A stretch of 64,000 bases of DNA from assembly GCA_038087875.1 (NCBI GenBank), contig CM076000.1, positions 496,001 through 560,000 of the forward strand, written 5' to 3'. The stretch's first letter is position 1; each line of letters starts with the position of its first letter. Of the stretch, positions 1 through 13,701 are shown piece after piece. This DNA comes from Malacoraja senta (lineage: Eukaryota). A program made the translations under genes and the position numbers. The notes under the pieces are model-generated. The model saw only the letters and a program-made list of their open reading frames with translations, did no database searches and was not told the DNA's origin.

Positions 1-1753
1 TAAAAATTCATTTTTTCCCTACATCAATCAGCCCACATGCACAGTTGAAAACCTTTTTTCTTAAGCAATACATTAAATAATAGCCTGAAAGAATGAACAC
101 ACGTGTCTGTTAAACTTACAATATTATTCAAGTGATGTTTTTGGTGTTTAATAAGTACATATGGCATTTACACTTACTGCTTTAGACGGGATCGCAGCAG
201 ATCAAGTCGCTCTTCCCTTAAACTACCACCACATAATTCTCCTATTCCAGGCACTAGAAGATCCACTGCTGCCACCTAGCAAGCAATATCACAGAACACA
301 GAGGTTTATAAATTGTACTTCAAATTAAGGCAAACTTAGTTATTTTATCTTGCTTGAAGAGGGGTCATGTATAACATGCCTTACATAGACATTACTAAGC
401 CAGACTCAGGTAAATTGCAACCCACTGACAATATTGTTTTCAAAACGCAAGGTTTTCAATATTTACTAAACTACAATTACAAATAAATGTCCTGTACTAC
501 TAGCTTCAAGGGAAATAAATTACCAAACAGGCTTGTTTCCCTCATAATAAATTGAAGACTCAATCACATCCATAAACATTTTTAATTTTTACGATACGTA
601 ATACTTTTGTTGAAAATACATGGCAATAGGATTGCAAGAAAAAATTAATCAGAAATAACAATGTAACAGTAAAAAAAATTGTATATCGATTTCATTCGCA
701 GTTAACTACTGCTCAAAATTGTTATTCAATAATACTTCACTATATAGTTGCAAACATTTATAAATCAATTATAAATCAATTTATAAATTAATAAATCAAA
801 TGTATTTGCTTAAAATCATAAAACTATCTCAATTCAGAAAAAAAAATACAAGCTGGAGGTCAACAAGATTATATTTTGTGAAGGAAGATCTAAACACAGT
901 GCAGCAGTGCTCAATTACAGGAGCCAAGATCGTCCTGTCAAAGGAAGGTTCGAGGCCCCTGACAGCAGCAGAACAAAGGGAAGAGAAGATGATTTAACCT
1001 TTTTTTTGCCTTCCATTTTAGTGAGGAATGTGGAGGTCACTGTGGTGGATGTTTATGTTAAAATGTATTTTGTGTGTCTTGTTGCTTTTTATTGGTATGA
1101 CTGTATGGCAAATCAAATTTCTCATATGTTGCAAAACAAACTGGGCTAATAAAGTATGATTATGATTAAAGACATTAAAAAAACGACTAAATTTGCTAGG
1201 TGACAAAGTGTTGGGCTCAGCCTTGCCTTTAGTCTAAATCTGTCCAAGATGCTCTAGGGGCCTGGCCTCAGGACCATCCCACGAGACTCATTCACCACAG
1301 AGACCTCACTGCACCAGGATCCAGTGAGAGTCTGTCTATCCCTGTTTACACCTGGCTTGGATGCATATCAACAATGATATCATCCAATGCAAGTACCTTT
1401 TCGATCATTATTTCCACTGGACATCTTAATGCTGTTCAGATTAATTTCCAAAGACAGTTAAAATTAAAGGGAGCAAGGAAACATAATGCTGTGTGCTGCA
1501 GTACATTTCAATTATTTCATTTGGCTTCTCAAAATATATTTTCCAATCTTTAAAATGATTGCTATGTACACATCAGCTGCAGGCAAGATTCAGCTTAAAA
1601 AGACCCAAATGCAGTCAGAATTTGGAGGATCAATGATACATAGATACATTGACAATAGGTGCAGAAGTAGGTCATTCGGCCCTTCAATGGATGAATCAAT
1701 GGGTAATGTTAAATACAATCATACTCAACATAAATCATACTCTTTCTGCTTAC

Positions 1754-1891
1754 TGTATGTTGAGGTCCATCCTGATTATCTCTGGCATAAAAAGGCTTGA
1801 TGTCGTAAGGATAATTAATTACAAAAACAGGGATATCGTCACAGTGCTGCACCAGATACTTCTCATGCTCAGTCTGTAGGTCATTGCCCCA
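1754..1891 (-). CDS. NARS2: NARS2 coding exon (human exon 11 equivalent), 138 bp
   Basis: Translates [46 protein letters not shown], matching the NARS2 segment [14 protein letters not shown]...KPFYMRDNEDGPQHT; flanked by cag / gtaagc. Confidence 0.96.
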
Positions 1892-2264
1892 CTGTAAAAG
1901 ATGACAGTCCATAGTTATTTCAACATTAATTTAATGTACCTAGATCTAAAGAATTTAGTCGGCAGTTCTCTCCACTCATTTGATGTCAATCACATTTCAA
2001 ATCTACATAAAGATTATTTTTTTAGCCAAATGTTAAATTGACTTTTTAAACTGCTTTAAAAATAACTTTTGAGCTTCAAAAAACAAAGACTAGGCATCTT
2101 AAACTACCTCCCATGCACGTGATATTGTAGTTAAAGTGCAATTGGAGATTAGCATTTCCTGCAGATCAGATAAAGACAGAAATATTTTATATTAGCTTGA
2201 TTCAAATTGGCTAACATCACCATTTAATGAAACACTTTTCTTTCCAATAGCATATGTGCAAGTT

Positions 2265-2770
2265 AGAATAGAAAAATGTTATTAGTCTGAAAAGAGTGCA
2301 GAGAAGATGTGCGAGCATGTTGCCAGGACTCAAGGGCCTGAGCTACAGGGAGAAGTTGAGCAAGCTAAGACTTTATTCCTTTGAGCACAAGGAGGCTGAG
2401 ATGTGATCTTATAGAGGTGTATAAAATCACGAGGGGAATTGATAGGGTGGTTGCACGGAGTCTTTTAAGCAGGATAGGATTAAGACCCAGGTTAAAAGTG
2501 GGAGGGGAAAAGATGTAATAGAGACCCAACAGGCAACCTTTTTACTCAAAGGGTGGTGGATATATTGAATGAGCTGCCAGAAGAGGCAGGTACAATAACA
2601 ATATTTAAAAAGACACTTGAACAGGTGCATGGATAGGAAAGGTTCAGAGGGATGTGTACCAAATATACGGGCAAATGGACTAGCTTAGATGGGGCATCTT
2701 GGTCATCATGGGGTATCTTGGTTGGCATGGACAGGTTGGACTGAAGGGCGTGTTTCCTTGCTGTATGACT
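2265..2770 (+). mobile_element. Old CR1 LINE 3' fragment
   Basis: Degenerate similarity to the CR1 ORF2 C-terminal region (gtgcagagaagat.., gatcttatagaggtgtataaaatca) and 3' UTR. Confidence 0.7.
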
Positions 2771-3858
2771 AATTCTTTAAAAAAAAAGCCAAATTATGCA
2801 CTGGATATGCTTCTAAAAGTGTCTTTCTAACACATTACAAGTCTGGAACCCCCAAATAAAAGAGTTTTCTTCAATAATTAGAAATATCTCAGTCATTTAT
2901 TAAAATAATTCACTCACAGAAACAACGCAAGAAGAATATTTGGCACAAAGCAATCAACATTCTGCGATAGATTTCCTTATATTAAAGCATGATACAGATT
3001 AAAACTAAATACAGGAGAGTGGGTCTCATCCCATGAACAAAACAAGTCTATGCACCCCATAGTGAAGGAAGGAACTGCAGATGCTGGTTTAAACCAAAGA
3101 TGGACACAGAATGCTGGAGTAACTCAGAGGGACAGACAGCATCTGTGGGACAGAGGGACAGACAGGAGAGTAGGAATGGGTGACATTTCGGGTCGAGACG
3201 TCACCCATCTTTCCAGAGATGTTGCCTGTCCCGCTGAGTTACTCCAGCTTCTCTATCTTCGGTATGTACCCCATAGGCTGTGTGTTAAAAAATTGCAAGC
3301 ACTGCTAACAAAACCGCTCTGTAACTATTTGGCTGCGGCAATCAAAATGTCTTAAACATTTTGTGTCTATGTCTTTCTCAGAATTTTGATATGAGAATAA
3401 AGTAAATGAAGAAAAGAAAATAGCCCGAGGAAGAAGAACACTGAAGATCTGAAGACGTGAATACAGCTAATAAAAGAATGTTGAATGTGAATAATAAATA
3501 TCAATATACTTCTTACACATATAGTACACAAATGTATACTGTGAGAAAACATAGGTTTATTTTTTTCTTCTTCAAATGTATTTGCAAAAACAATTCAAGA
3601 AAGTGTGATCCACAGGGGGAGTAATTAGTCAGAAATTGTTAAATGCACCATAATTTTGAATGAATCTTATTTTTTGATCATCCCCTTAAAACCTCTATAT
3701 ACCAAACCATTAACAGAAGCAGTACTGATAAATGAAATGTTTTTCCCTTAATAAGCTTGGCAGTTGCAATGGAAAAGCAGTCTATTAGTTATGGTTACAT
3801 TTTCGTTATCAAGTAGCACATATGCTCACAAATTCATGTTCAAGTCTTTTTTTTGTAC

Positions 3859-3925
3859 CTTGGGTTCAAACTTGAAGGTTTCCGTACTTCTTTGCAAAAT
3901 GTCAATTGCTTCAGTATAGGAAAGC
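3859..3925 (-). CDS. NARS2: NARS2 coding exon (exon 10 equivalent), 67 bp
   Basis: (M)LSYTEAIDILQRSTETFKFEPK; tag / gtacaa; phase fits neighbouring exons. Confidence 0.93.
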
Positions 3926-4212
3926 CTAAAAATTAAATTATTACAATTACATTGAACATGTTTTAACATGGATAAACATTCAGATTAGTTATTCCTATAT
4001 TTAAAGGCCACCATATTCCTCCGATTACAATTGCGCTAAAGTTCCATTTAAAAATGTCAAACAGGAATCCGCATAAATAATACTTTTAAAAATGAATCCA
4101 AAAATTGCCATCTGTGGAATTGAAGAGATCCAAACAATATATATCTTTAACAAAACCAAAAAGTTAATTCATAAGAAGCATTATGGCCAAGGTGTTTAAG
4201 TAATTCACTTAC

Positions 4213-4250
4213 ATGTGAAATGGATTTTTGAGCATCCGTTCTACTCTCTC
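4213..4250 (-). CDS. NARS2: NARS2 coding exon (exon 9 equivalent), 38 bp
   Basis: ERVERMLKNPFH plus AT (human DRLEHMLKNNFL); tag / gtaagt. Confidence 0.9.
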
Positions 4251-4705
4251 CTAAAAATATAAAAATAAAATTATTCATTTTACAGAAAGTTGAACAGCAG
4301 CTTTCCTAAAATGTTTTAAGCTCGCCAGTTCGGGTATTTTAATGAATAACTATTACTATCCTTAAGTGCATCATCATCCCTCGTCAATAAATCACTTCAC
4401 CCAACCACTCACATGGCCCACCACTGCATTAGATTTACCTACTCTTTTGTTCTTTTTCTGCACTACCAACACACCTTTCTGATCTTGGTATTTGCTCAAA
4501 ATCTATTCATTTCTGGAATTCCCTGCAAATGAGGGCATTGACAAAAGCGTAACAGCTTCTCTCTCTGTTGATGCTCCCGATAGCTAAATTCCTCCGGCTT
4601 ATTTAAAAAAAAAAGATTACTGATTTGATACAAAACGTTTTGTAGAAATTAAATGACACCAGGATACTACAAACAGAGGAAGTGAAATGTTCCTGACATG
4701 TCCAT

Positions 4706-7700
4706 TGTAAAGAGCCTAATCTCACACATGTAAATACCTTAGTCTTACACAGGTTGAAGCACAAGCATCTTTCTTGTTCAGGTCTACATCATCTAGGCAG
4801 TACATTATACGTTCTCACTACTGCTGCTACTAGCAAGCAGTGGGCGAGTTCTTACAGTATAAATGTTATAATTAGGTGGAGTTATAATTACTAAGCATTC
4901 TGATTGGCTAACATGCAATAGCCAATCTACATCTCTTCTTGTATAAATGAAAAGAACAGCTAGGGCGTTTTAAACTGATAAACAATCTACAATCTACAAC
5001 TAGGGCATTTTAAACCGCGGGAATAATACTGGGGTTAAATACAATCACCATATATAATGGATGGCCTATGTGGTGGGGCTGTCTTATCCCCTTTCTTCCA
5101 AAAAAATGGAAGCTGGGGATGGTAACATCCCGTGACACCCAATGGACACGGAGGGGAGTGCCGCCAGAGGACAGGGGTTAGATTGTCGCAGGAAGTCCAG
5201 GGAACCAGTTACAATCGGGAACGCAGGGACAGGCCGACGCGGGGAGTGGACAGACACACTCGCGGCAGGTGAAGGAACAGCTGCAACAATCGCGGGTTTG
5301 AACACGAGCGGTGGGGCACTAGGACCCGGGGGCGCTGGACGACGTTCCTTCACAGGAAGGAGATGTTGACAGTTGCGTTCGTGGAGGACGCTATTGACCC
5401 CGACCAGGTAGGAGCGAGGTTCCTGATTAGTATGTCCTTTGTCCTTTTTCGGGTGCACCACTTGTCCTTGTACAAGTGGTGTTAATAGTTTGTTGGTTTT
5501 GTCACTGGAACGCGTGCCTTGTTTGAACTGCACATGCTTCTGTATCACAGCGGTGGACTACGGCTGCAGCTGTTACTGTGAAATGGACAGTGGAGGACGT
5601 CTTTCGATACATTAGTCGCTGGGCGGGGGAGCCGCTACCGTTGTCCCTTGAAATGTTTCGTAGGTTTAGCAGATCCAGGTAAACATCAGATTTGGCTAAG
5701 TAGGAGCGCTCCATGAGTTGCTTAGCGCTCCGAATAGCACGTTCGGTAAGTCCGTTAGACTGTGGGTATTCTGGGCTACTGGTGATGTGTTGAAAGTCCC
5801 ACCGTTTAGCAAAGTCCTTGAACTGTCGGCTGGTGAAATGAATTCCGTTGTCAGTCTGAAGGCGGGCGGGCACCCCATGTACGGAAAGGTGGATTCTCAG
5901 TTTTTGGATTATTATTTTCGAGGTGATCGTTGGCAGTAAATCAATCTCGAACCATTTCGAGTAGGAGTCCACTAAAATTAGGTAGTGCTTTCCGTGCCAC
6001 TCAAAGATGTCAGCGGCCAGTGATGACCATGGCAGGGGCGAGATGAGCTCCTGCTGCTATGCGGTGACTGGTTATTGCTGATGACTGAGAGTTTGTCCTG
6101 TTCGTTAGGGTGATGTTCCCTAGTGGTGCGCGGGGCTCTAAAGAGCGTATCTGCAATGTGCAGGTCTTCACCTTTCTTGCAGACAATACGAGTCAAGTTG
6201 CTGTAGCCGTATCATCCTTCGTTTTAGACGAGATGGGACGGCATGGATGCGCTTGTTCAGGATGGTGACCAGTGGCTGGTGGTCAGTCTCGATCGTGAAG
6301 GCTTTGCCAGAAATAAAGTCTTTGAATTTTGAACAAGCGAAAACAACTGCAAGCAGTTCCTTCTTGGTCTGAGCAGAGCATTGTTCAGTGTCTGTTAAGG
6401 CGCGTGATGCGTAGGAGATAGGCATCACATTTCCGTCGATGGTTGTTTGTAGGCACGCTGCGCTTAGACCTTACTGGGAAGCACCACAGGTAACGGTGAC
6501 TAGCAGGTTGAGGTTGTAGCATGCCAGTGTAGGTGTGCTGGCTAGCTGTAGTTTTAATGTCTCAAAGGCTCTTTGGTGTAGGGAGTCCCATGACCATACA
6601 TTGTCCTTGTCGGTTAATTGTCGTAGAGGAGCAGAACGTACACTGAGGTTGGGAATGAATTTTCCCAGGTATTTGACCATGCTGAGGAAACGCTGTAAAC
6701 TGGCAACGTCGGTTGGGGCTGGCAGCTTGTTGATGGCTGCAGCCTTTGACGGATTAGGTCTAAATCCGTTGCTGGTGCATGCATGACCGACGTAGGTGGT
6801 GTCTGGAACCTGGAGCTTGCATTTCAAAGAGTTGGGTTTGTGAACAGCACTCCCGAAATAAAACAGCCCCAGGTCATGGCATGCGTTGATGCCAAGCAGG
6901 GTTTCTGAGTTTTGTCGGGCAATGTAAAACGGCTTCAACCTGTAAAGAGCCTAATCTCACACATGTAAATACCTTAATGGCCTGTCCCACCAGCATGCAG
7001 CTAGAGCGACCTAACGTGGTCGCTTGAGCCGTACAGCCTCGCGGGGCCGGTCCCACTTCGATCGCCGGAGCCGTATGGAGTTGTGCGGGGCTGGTCCCGA
7101 CATCGCGCGGGGCTCCGAAAAACTGACACTGTCCAAAAATTCAGCGCGGCAACGGCCTGTCGGCCCGCAGCCACATTGAGGCCGTACGCAGCGTCTCGAC
7201 AGCGTCACCGCCCGGCATGCCGTTGCGTGATGACGTAACCGCCCGACGCCGTGCGACGTCCAAATTCAGTCGGCCTGCCTCCTGCCCAACTGATTGGTGA
7301 GTATGATGTCGGGACCAGCCCCGCATAACTCCATACGCCTCCGCGGTTGGAAGTGGGACTGGCCCCGCGAGGCCGTATGCCTCAAGCCACCATTTTTGGT
7401 CGCGCTAGACGCATACAATCGCATGCTGGTGGGACAGGCCCTTTAGTCTCACACAGGTTGAAGCACAAGCATCTTTTTTGTTCAGGTCTACATCATCTAG
7501 GCAGTACATCATACTTTCTCACTACTGCTGCTACTGCTACTGGCAAGCAGTGGGCGAGTCTTACAGTATAAATGTTATAATTAGGCAGTTATAATTACTA
7601 AGCATTCTGATTGGCTAACATGCAATAGCCAATCTACATCTCTTGTATAAATGAAAAACCAATTAGGGCATTTCAAACTATAACAAGTAAATAATAATGG

Positions 7701-7720
7701 GGTTAAACATAATCGCCATA
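4706..7720 (-). mobile_element. Internally deleted, degenerate Gypsy LTR retrotransposon
   Basis: Direct repeats start TGTAAAGAGCC at 4706 and 6941. Frameshifted pol pieces in RT-RNaseH-integrase order (PISYASRALTDTE...ETDHQPL; QTDNG...SSPEYPQSNGLTER). Polypurine tract at about 5083-5099 on the minus strand. No gag or PBS seen. Confidence 0.9.
6977..7442. mobile_element. PIF/Harbinger-type MITE inserted in the Gypsy LTR
   Basis: TIR A(T/G)GGCCTGTCCCACCAGCATGC (21/22 match); TTA duplicated at 6974-6976 and 7443-7445; the other LTR shows the empty site CCTTAGTC. Confidence 0.92.
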
Positions 7721-8294
7721 TCTAGTATTACCAAGCATTCTGATTGGCTAACATGCAATAGCCAATCTATAGATAGCTGTAAGGCTTTGAATGATCAGAT
7801 GAGCCAAATATTATAGCCATATCCTGCTAATGTAGCCAAGATGTTATTACATCTGAAAAAGTTTCTCTGAATCATTTTACAATTCTTAGCATTATACTAG
7901 CTCAGAAACTGAACAGGTTAACCTACATAAATATATATTTGCATGCAAGTTCTTATGTTCTTGGGTAATGACCCATAAAAAGTGATTAGAAATGTTCATA
8001 AGTTAAACACAAAGGATGTTCAAGTTTTCTCATGTGCACATGATAAATCTTTACAGTACCAACACTAAACAATCAAGGCTCCAAGAAAAATAGAAATCAT
8101 TCAAAATTGTAAACAAGTCAAACAAGTATGTAGACAGCAAATAATATATAGGTTGTGATCCCTTCGAAGCTGTGTGTGCAGGAATTTTCCATTATTTTGT
8201 ATTTCACTGTGGAAAACTTTCATTAAACCAGGAACTTTTAACAAAAGCCGATCAAAGCACAGAAGAAGAAAAAATAGCGGCAAAAAATACCGTT

Positions 8295-8670
8295 TGTTAC
8301 GGCACCAAACGTGGTAAATAAACATGTTTAACAAGGAACTGCAGATGCTGGAAAATTGAAGGTAGACAAAAATGCTGGAGAAACTCACCCGCTGAGTTTC
8401 TCCAGCATTTTTGTCTACCTCCGGTGAATAAACAGTTGCTTTATTCCGTGAGAAAATAGGTTTGAAATACAGTTTGGTCCTCTAACATAATAATGTCATT
8501 GCTGCTGCAGCTGAGTGCGGGTGTTGTCTCGAGCTCAGCTACCTGTTGACTGGGGTGATCTCCAGGTGAGATATGCTTATGTAGCAGGACACTCATGGTG
8601 TCATGTGACAGCCCTCGTAACCACTGACATGGTTCGACCATAAGTGGTCTGTCTATCCGCTGACGCCACA
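8295..8670 (-). mobile_element. Solo LTR (same family as 43498-43776) interrupted by a short Penelope-derived insert at about 8325-8422
   Basis: Reverse complement aligns to 43498-43776; TG..CA ends; GGT(A/G)AATAAACA duplicated around the insert. Confidence 0.75.
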
Positions 8671-8756
8671 AGATCACATTTAACTTTATCTTTGCACTTC
8701 TATAAACACTGGTGAAGAAAATATCAACGTAAAGATTTGATGCAGAATGTGCAGAC

Positions 8757-8855
8757 CTCTTGTCCTGGCGCAACATCTTTGTGGAAGAGTTGAACATCTT
8801 CTGGATATTTGGAAAGAATGTCAGATGTTACAGTCTTAAAGAGTTGCTCCATCAC
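8757..8855 (-). CDS. NARS2: NARS2 coding exon (exon 8 equivalent), 99 bp
   Basis: [33 protein letters not shown]; cag acceptor and weak gtctgc donor. Confidence 0.92.
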
Positions 8856-9244
8856 CTGGAGGAGAAAAGAACACTGTCAAAATTAAGGGCAGACAAAGTA
8901 CCATTTTGGTATAATTAAAATGAAGCTGCAAAGCAATCGTCAAAACTAAATACAAAATATCAAAAAGGCATCACTTTTCCTGAGTAATCTATAACTACTG
9001 CATTTCATACTCAATTTGGCCTCTTTACAGTATTAAATAATATGGCATTAATATTTATTTGGGTTCAGTGATGAAGTTATCCATGTACAATATGCTGATT
9101 AATGAATTTTCGACGGCTTAAGTGATGGATAGATTAGGAAAGAAAAAAAGACAAAGAAGAATTATTTTAGAAAAGTTACTGGGAGAAAGTAATAAAAATG
9201 TGAAAAATCACTCTGACATTTTACAGATCCAAATAAAAAGGTTG

Positions 9245-10670
9245 CTATGTCTAATGGTTCTGACATCCACCATCGTGAAGTGGTTTGAGAGACTAGTGAA
9301 GGCACTCATTAACCCCAGCCTCCCAGACTGCTGATCCACTGCAGTTTGCTGACTGTCACAACAGGTCCACAGCAGACGGCAACTCCCTGGTCCTAAACTC
9401 ATCTCTGGAACACCTAGACAATAAGATTACCTACATCAGACACGTATTTATTGACTGTAGCTCTGCCTTAAACACCTTAATTGATTTTGGATGATCAGCC
9501 ATGATCATATTGAATGACCGAATGGCCTACTCCTGCACCTGTTTTCTATGTTTAATCCCATCCAAACTTAGCCCAATATTTGTAGGATCTCGGAATCAGC
9601 ACCTCCATCTGCCACTGGATCCTTAACTTTGACCCACAGACCACAATGATGACAGGTGACAAAATCTCCTCCACAATAATTGTCAATACCTTTGCCCCGC
9701 AAGGATGTGTTATCAGTCCCCGACTGTACACCCTGTACACTCACGACTGTGCAGCCGAATTCAGCTCTAACTCCATCTACAAGAATGCAGATGGCACCAC
9801 TGTGGTTGGTCAGTTCTCAAACAATGATGAGATGAAGTACAGGAAGGAGATGGAGAACTTAGTAACATGGTGGAACCTCTCAATGTCAGTTAGTCAAAAG
9901 AGCTAGTTATCGACTTCAGGAAGCGTAGTAGACTACATGCCAATCAGTGTAAATGTGTTGAAGTAGAACTGGTTGAGAGCTTCACGTCCCTTGGTGTAAA
10001 TATTACTAATGATCAGTTGTGGACCAACCACATTGAAGCGACAGCCAAGGAGGCACATCAACACCTCAATTCCCATAGGAGACTGAGAAAATTCACGTCT
10101 CCAAAAATACTTATAAACTTCTACAAATGCCCGTTGTGGTTACGCATTACAGCTTGGTTTGGGAACAGCTCTACCCAAGCCTGCAAGAAATTTCAGAGAG
10201 TTGTGGATGTAGCCCAGTCCATCACACAGACCAGACTCTCCACCATAGATTCCATTAACACTTCACGGTACCTCAGGAAAGCAGCCAACATAATCAAAGA
10301 CCTTTCCCACCCGAGTCATTCCTTTTTCTTCCCGCTACAATCGGGCAGAAAATATAGAAGCTTAAAAGCATGCACCACCAGTCGCAGGAACAGCTTCTTC
10401 CCCTCTATTATCAGGCTTCTAAGTGGTTCTTGCATAAGCTAGGGTACAGTCTGATTCTCCTCTACCTCATGTGAATAATGGACTTTGTCGAAGCGTTTTG
10501 TTAGAATGCAGAGAACTATATTTTATAAGGTGTATCTTTTCCTTCCCTCTACCTATTGTACTTGAGTTTGGCTTGACTGTATTTAAGTATGATATTATCT
10601 GAATTGATAACACGCAAAACAATGTTTTCCACTGTACCTCTCTACATGTGACTATAATAAACCTAAACCC
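9245..10670 (+). mobile_element. Degenerate Rex1/L2-group LINE 3' half, with a small CR1 3'-end insert at about 9485-9552
   Basis: Broken RT motifs APQGCVISP and NADGTTVVG, C-terminal SGRKYRSLK..NSFFP; homologous to the 13877-16990 ORF. Confidence 0.8.
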
Positions 10671-12241
10671 ACCTACTTTAATGCATAATAACCTAAATAA
10701 TAAATGAATAATAATAAACCTAAACCCATCTACTTGTGCTCTCATACCGAGATGAATTTAAAACTTTTAGCTTTCTGGTGTTAATTTGTCAAAAATTACA
10801 AATATACAGTCAATGTAGACTGCAAGTAATACCAAGAACAATGATCCATCTATGGTCCATTTTATACTGTGGAATATGCAAAGTGGTGTTTAGCATAAGG
10901 CCAATGCATATCCCATGAGTTCCACGTGCAAATGAGGCAAGATGTAAATTAAAGATGAAATTAAAGCAAAATGGATTACAATATGAAAGTAAATCCTGTA
11001 AACCTATTCGCTGTAAAATGAAAAGATACAAAATAAAACGGCTAATGCTGAAAAGAAATACACAAGCTAAAAGAGGAAATCAAAGCCTACAGTAAGTGCT
11101 TTCAAACGTGGAATGAGATAGATATACCAGTAAATGGGCCTGTAAAGGAAAGCACGAGTGAAATAAAAATCAGAAAAGCATGAATCAATTTAAGGACATG
11201 GCAAACTATTTAAAATTAGTATTTTACATTATTTTTTAGGTTAAGCTTTATTATTGCTATGTGTTTTGCATGCAATCCAAACAGGTCAGATATATCATAC
11301 ATAAATAAATTAATTAATTCAAACTCAAGTAAATAGATAGAGCAAAGGGGAAGATACAGACTGCAGAATATAGTTCTCAGCATTGTAGTGCATCAGTTCC
11401 ATAGACAAAGTCCACTATCAACAATAGAATTGAGGTGAATCAGGCAGTACACAAGTTTTCACTGAAGGGAAGAGTAGTTTAAAAAAATGCAGTAGGAACA
11501 TTGGTTCAATTAAAGTTTAAAGAGTAGTGGACCCGAGGCCGACAAACCTCCAAGCCGTTATTGGAAACAGTAGGCTTGTTTGATCAAAATAAAGTCCAAA
11601 ATGTAACATGGTAGAAAAGCACAGAATATAGAGGCTGGTTAATATGAAATGTTTATTAGTAAATAGAAAACTATAATGAAGCAGGCCTTCAGTAATCAGT
11701 GTACATTTTCAAAGAATAACACAGAAGAAAACCAAAGAAAACCAAAGTGAAAAATATTCAGGAATCATGAGGAAAGAAAATCATAAGAAATCATAAGAAA
11801 AATGCACAGGAATATGGGTGAACACACTAAAAAACAAACACACTACTGAAGAAAAGTAGGTTTAAAAATACCCCATCTAAAAACAGATCCAACAACAACT
11901 CTCTGATATAATAGGCAAGGCAATCAGCATTTTCCATGTATATTCAGAGTATATATATTTTAAATGTTTTGACCAGGAAATTGTGGTTCTGCTTTGTTGC
12001 AAAGTAATAGAAAATTATTTGCAGTTAATCCAGAAGCAAGATTGCATTGCTACTATTGCACCGTATGTGCTGAAGGCTTGAACATAATCGGCAAATAGGT
12101 ATTATTCAAATATATATTTTAGCAATTGTTGATGATAATTATGGCACACTGCCATTGCTTAGCACTGAGTAGATTAAGTAACACACCACTTTGGGAACAC
12201 AGAGAATACAGGAACAACTTGATATGCCAAAGCACCTTTAC

Positions 12242-12374
12242 CTCCATGATGTCTTTCAGGTTTTCGGTAAAGGCAAGTTCTGCTTCTATCATATAAAACT
12301 CTGCTAAATGTCTTCTGGTTTGGGAATTTTCCGCTCGAAAGGCTGGCCCAAAGGTATATACTTGCGTGAATGCC
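12242..12374 (-). CDS. NARS2: NARS2 coding exon (exon 7 equivalent), 133 bp, class II aaRS motif 2
   Basis: [44 protein letters not shown]; tag / gtaaag. Confidence 0.97.
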
Positions 12375-13701
12375 CTAAGAAATCAATGGAGTATTTTTAT
12401 TTTTGTACTTGATTAGAAAACTATCAAAACATAAAATGTCGATACTTGACAACTTCCTCAGATTGAAAATCTAATGTTATAAATAAATGAATATATTTCT
12501 AGCAATAATAAGCATAATTTCAGGCTGGTTAAAAATGACAAATATTCTTACAATGTTCTTCCACTTAAGATTAGGTGTTCGTACAATGTTCTTCCACTTA
12601 AGACTAGCAGTAGAATATCAAAAGGTTTTGATATTCTACTGCTATGATTTGCAGGTTTAATTCAATTGTGCTTTTAATGTACACATCAGCATACATTTAT
12701 CATGCACCAGATCTTGCAAAAATTAACAATTGTTTCTTACACAAAGCACTAATATGAAGATTGCTAAATAATTGATAAATGCAATATTGAGTTACGTCCA
12801 TTTAGGCATGGAAGTGATGTTCATACATGTCATCTGTCAAAAGCAGATCAAAATATTGTTTTGCAGACCAAATTAAAATTGTCCAGTAACTCACACAATT
12901 TTCAGGATGTATTTCATAAATCAGATAATACTAAAAGTTCATGCAGTGATACGTTATCAGATGTAGACTGATGATAGGCCAATAAAAGCATTCCCAAACA
13001 GTATAACAATTCTGCGTATGCCGTGATCTTGGAATTTCATATTGCGTATTCATTTGATAATTTACATAATTTTTTTAAGGGATACACCACTCTCAGCACA
13101 ATATTTTTGGGAATACACTTTCATTGCATTTTGTTGGTATTTCTGGTATCATACATTTTCATCAATAATTATTTTGAACAAAATCTATTGGTAAGTTTTT
13201 AGAAAAGAATCGTTGAAAAATATGCTTCAATTTTCTTAGAGTTGGCTATTTTGTCTTTTCACCAGCTTCATCATTCAAAACGATCATGTCAGATCTTCTA
13301 TCCTAGTCCCACTTTGCTGTACTAATCCCATATTTCGTCCGTTATCCTAATATATAAATATCAATAATTATTTGTTTTGAATGGATTTGAATGACTGCCT
13401 CCACAGCCCTAAGGGCAGAGAATTTTAAAGGTTCCCTCCCCTCGAGGTGAAGACATTTCTTCTCCCCTCAGCTATCAATCGTGAACTAACTATCTTGGCT
13501 TTTCACTTCACTGGCACGGGAACACAATCCAATTTAATTTGGCATTATTAAAAAAGAGAATGTGGAACAGAAAAAAATCTAACATTTGGTCCTCTGAAAT
13601 GTGGAGTGACATTTTAGTTGTCTCTTTGAATTTGAATTAATTCAATAACATTTAAGCCAAAGGAAGCTGATGTTGATCCACAGGTCGAAATACTTAAGAT
13701 T

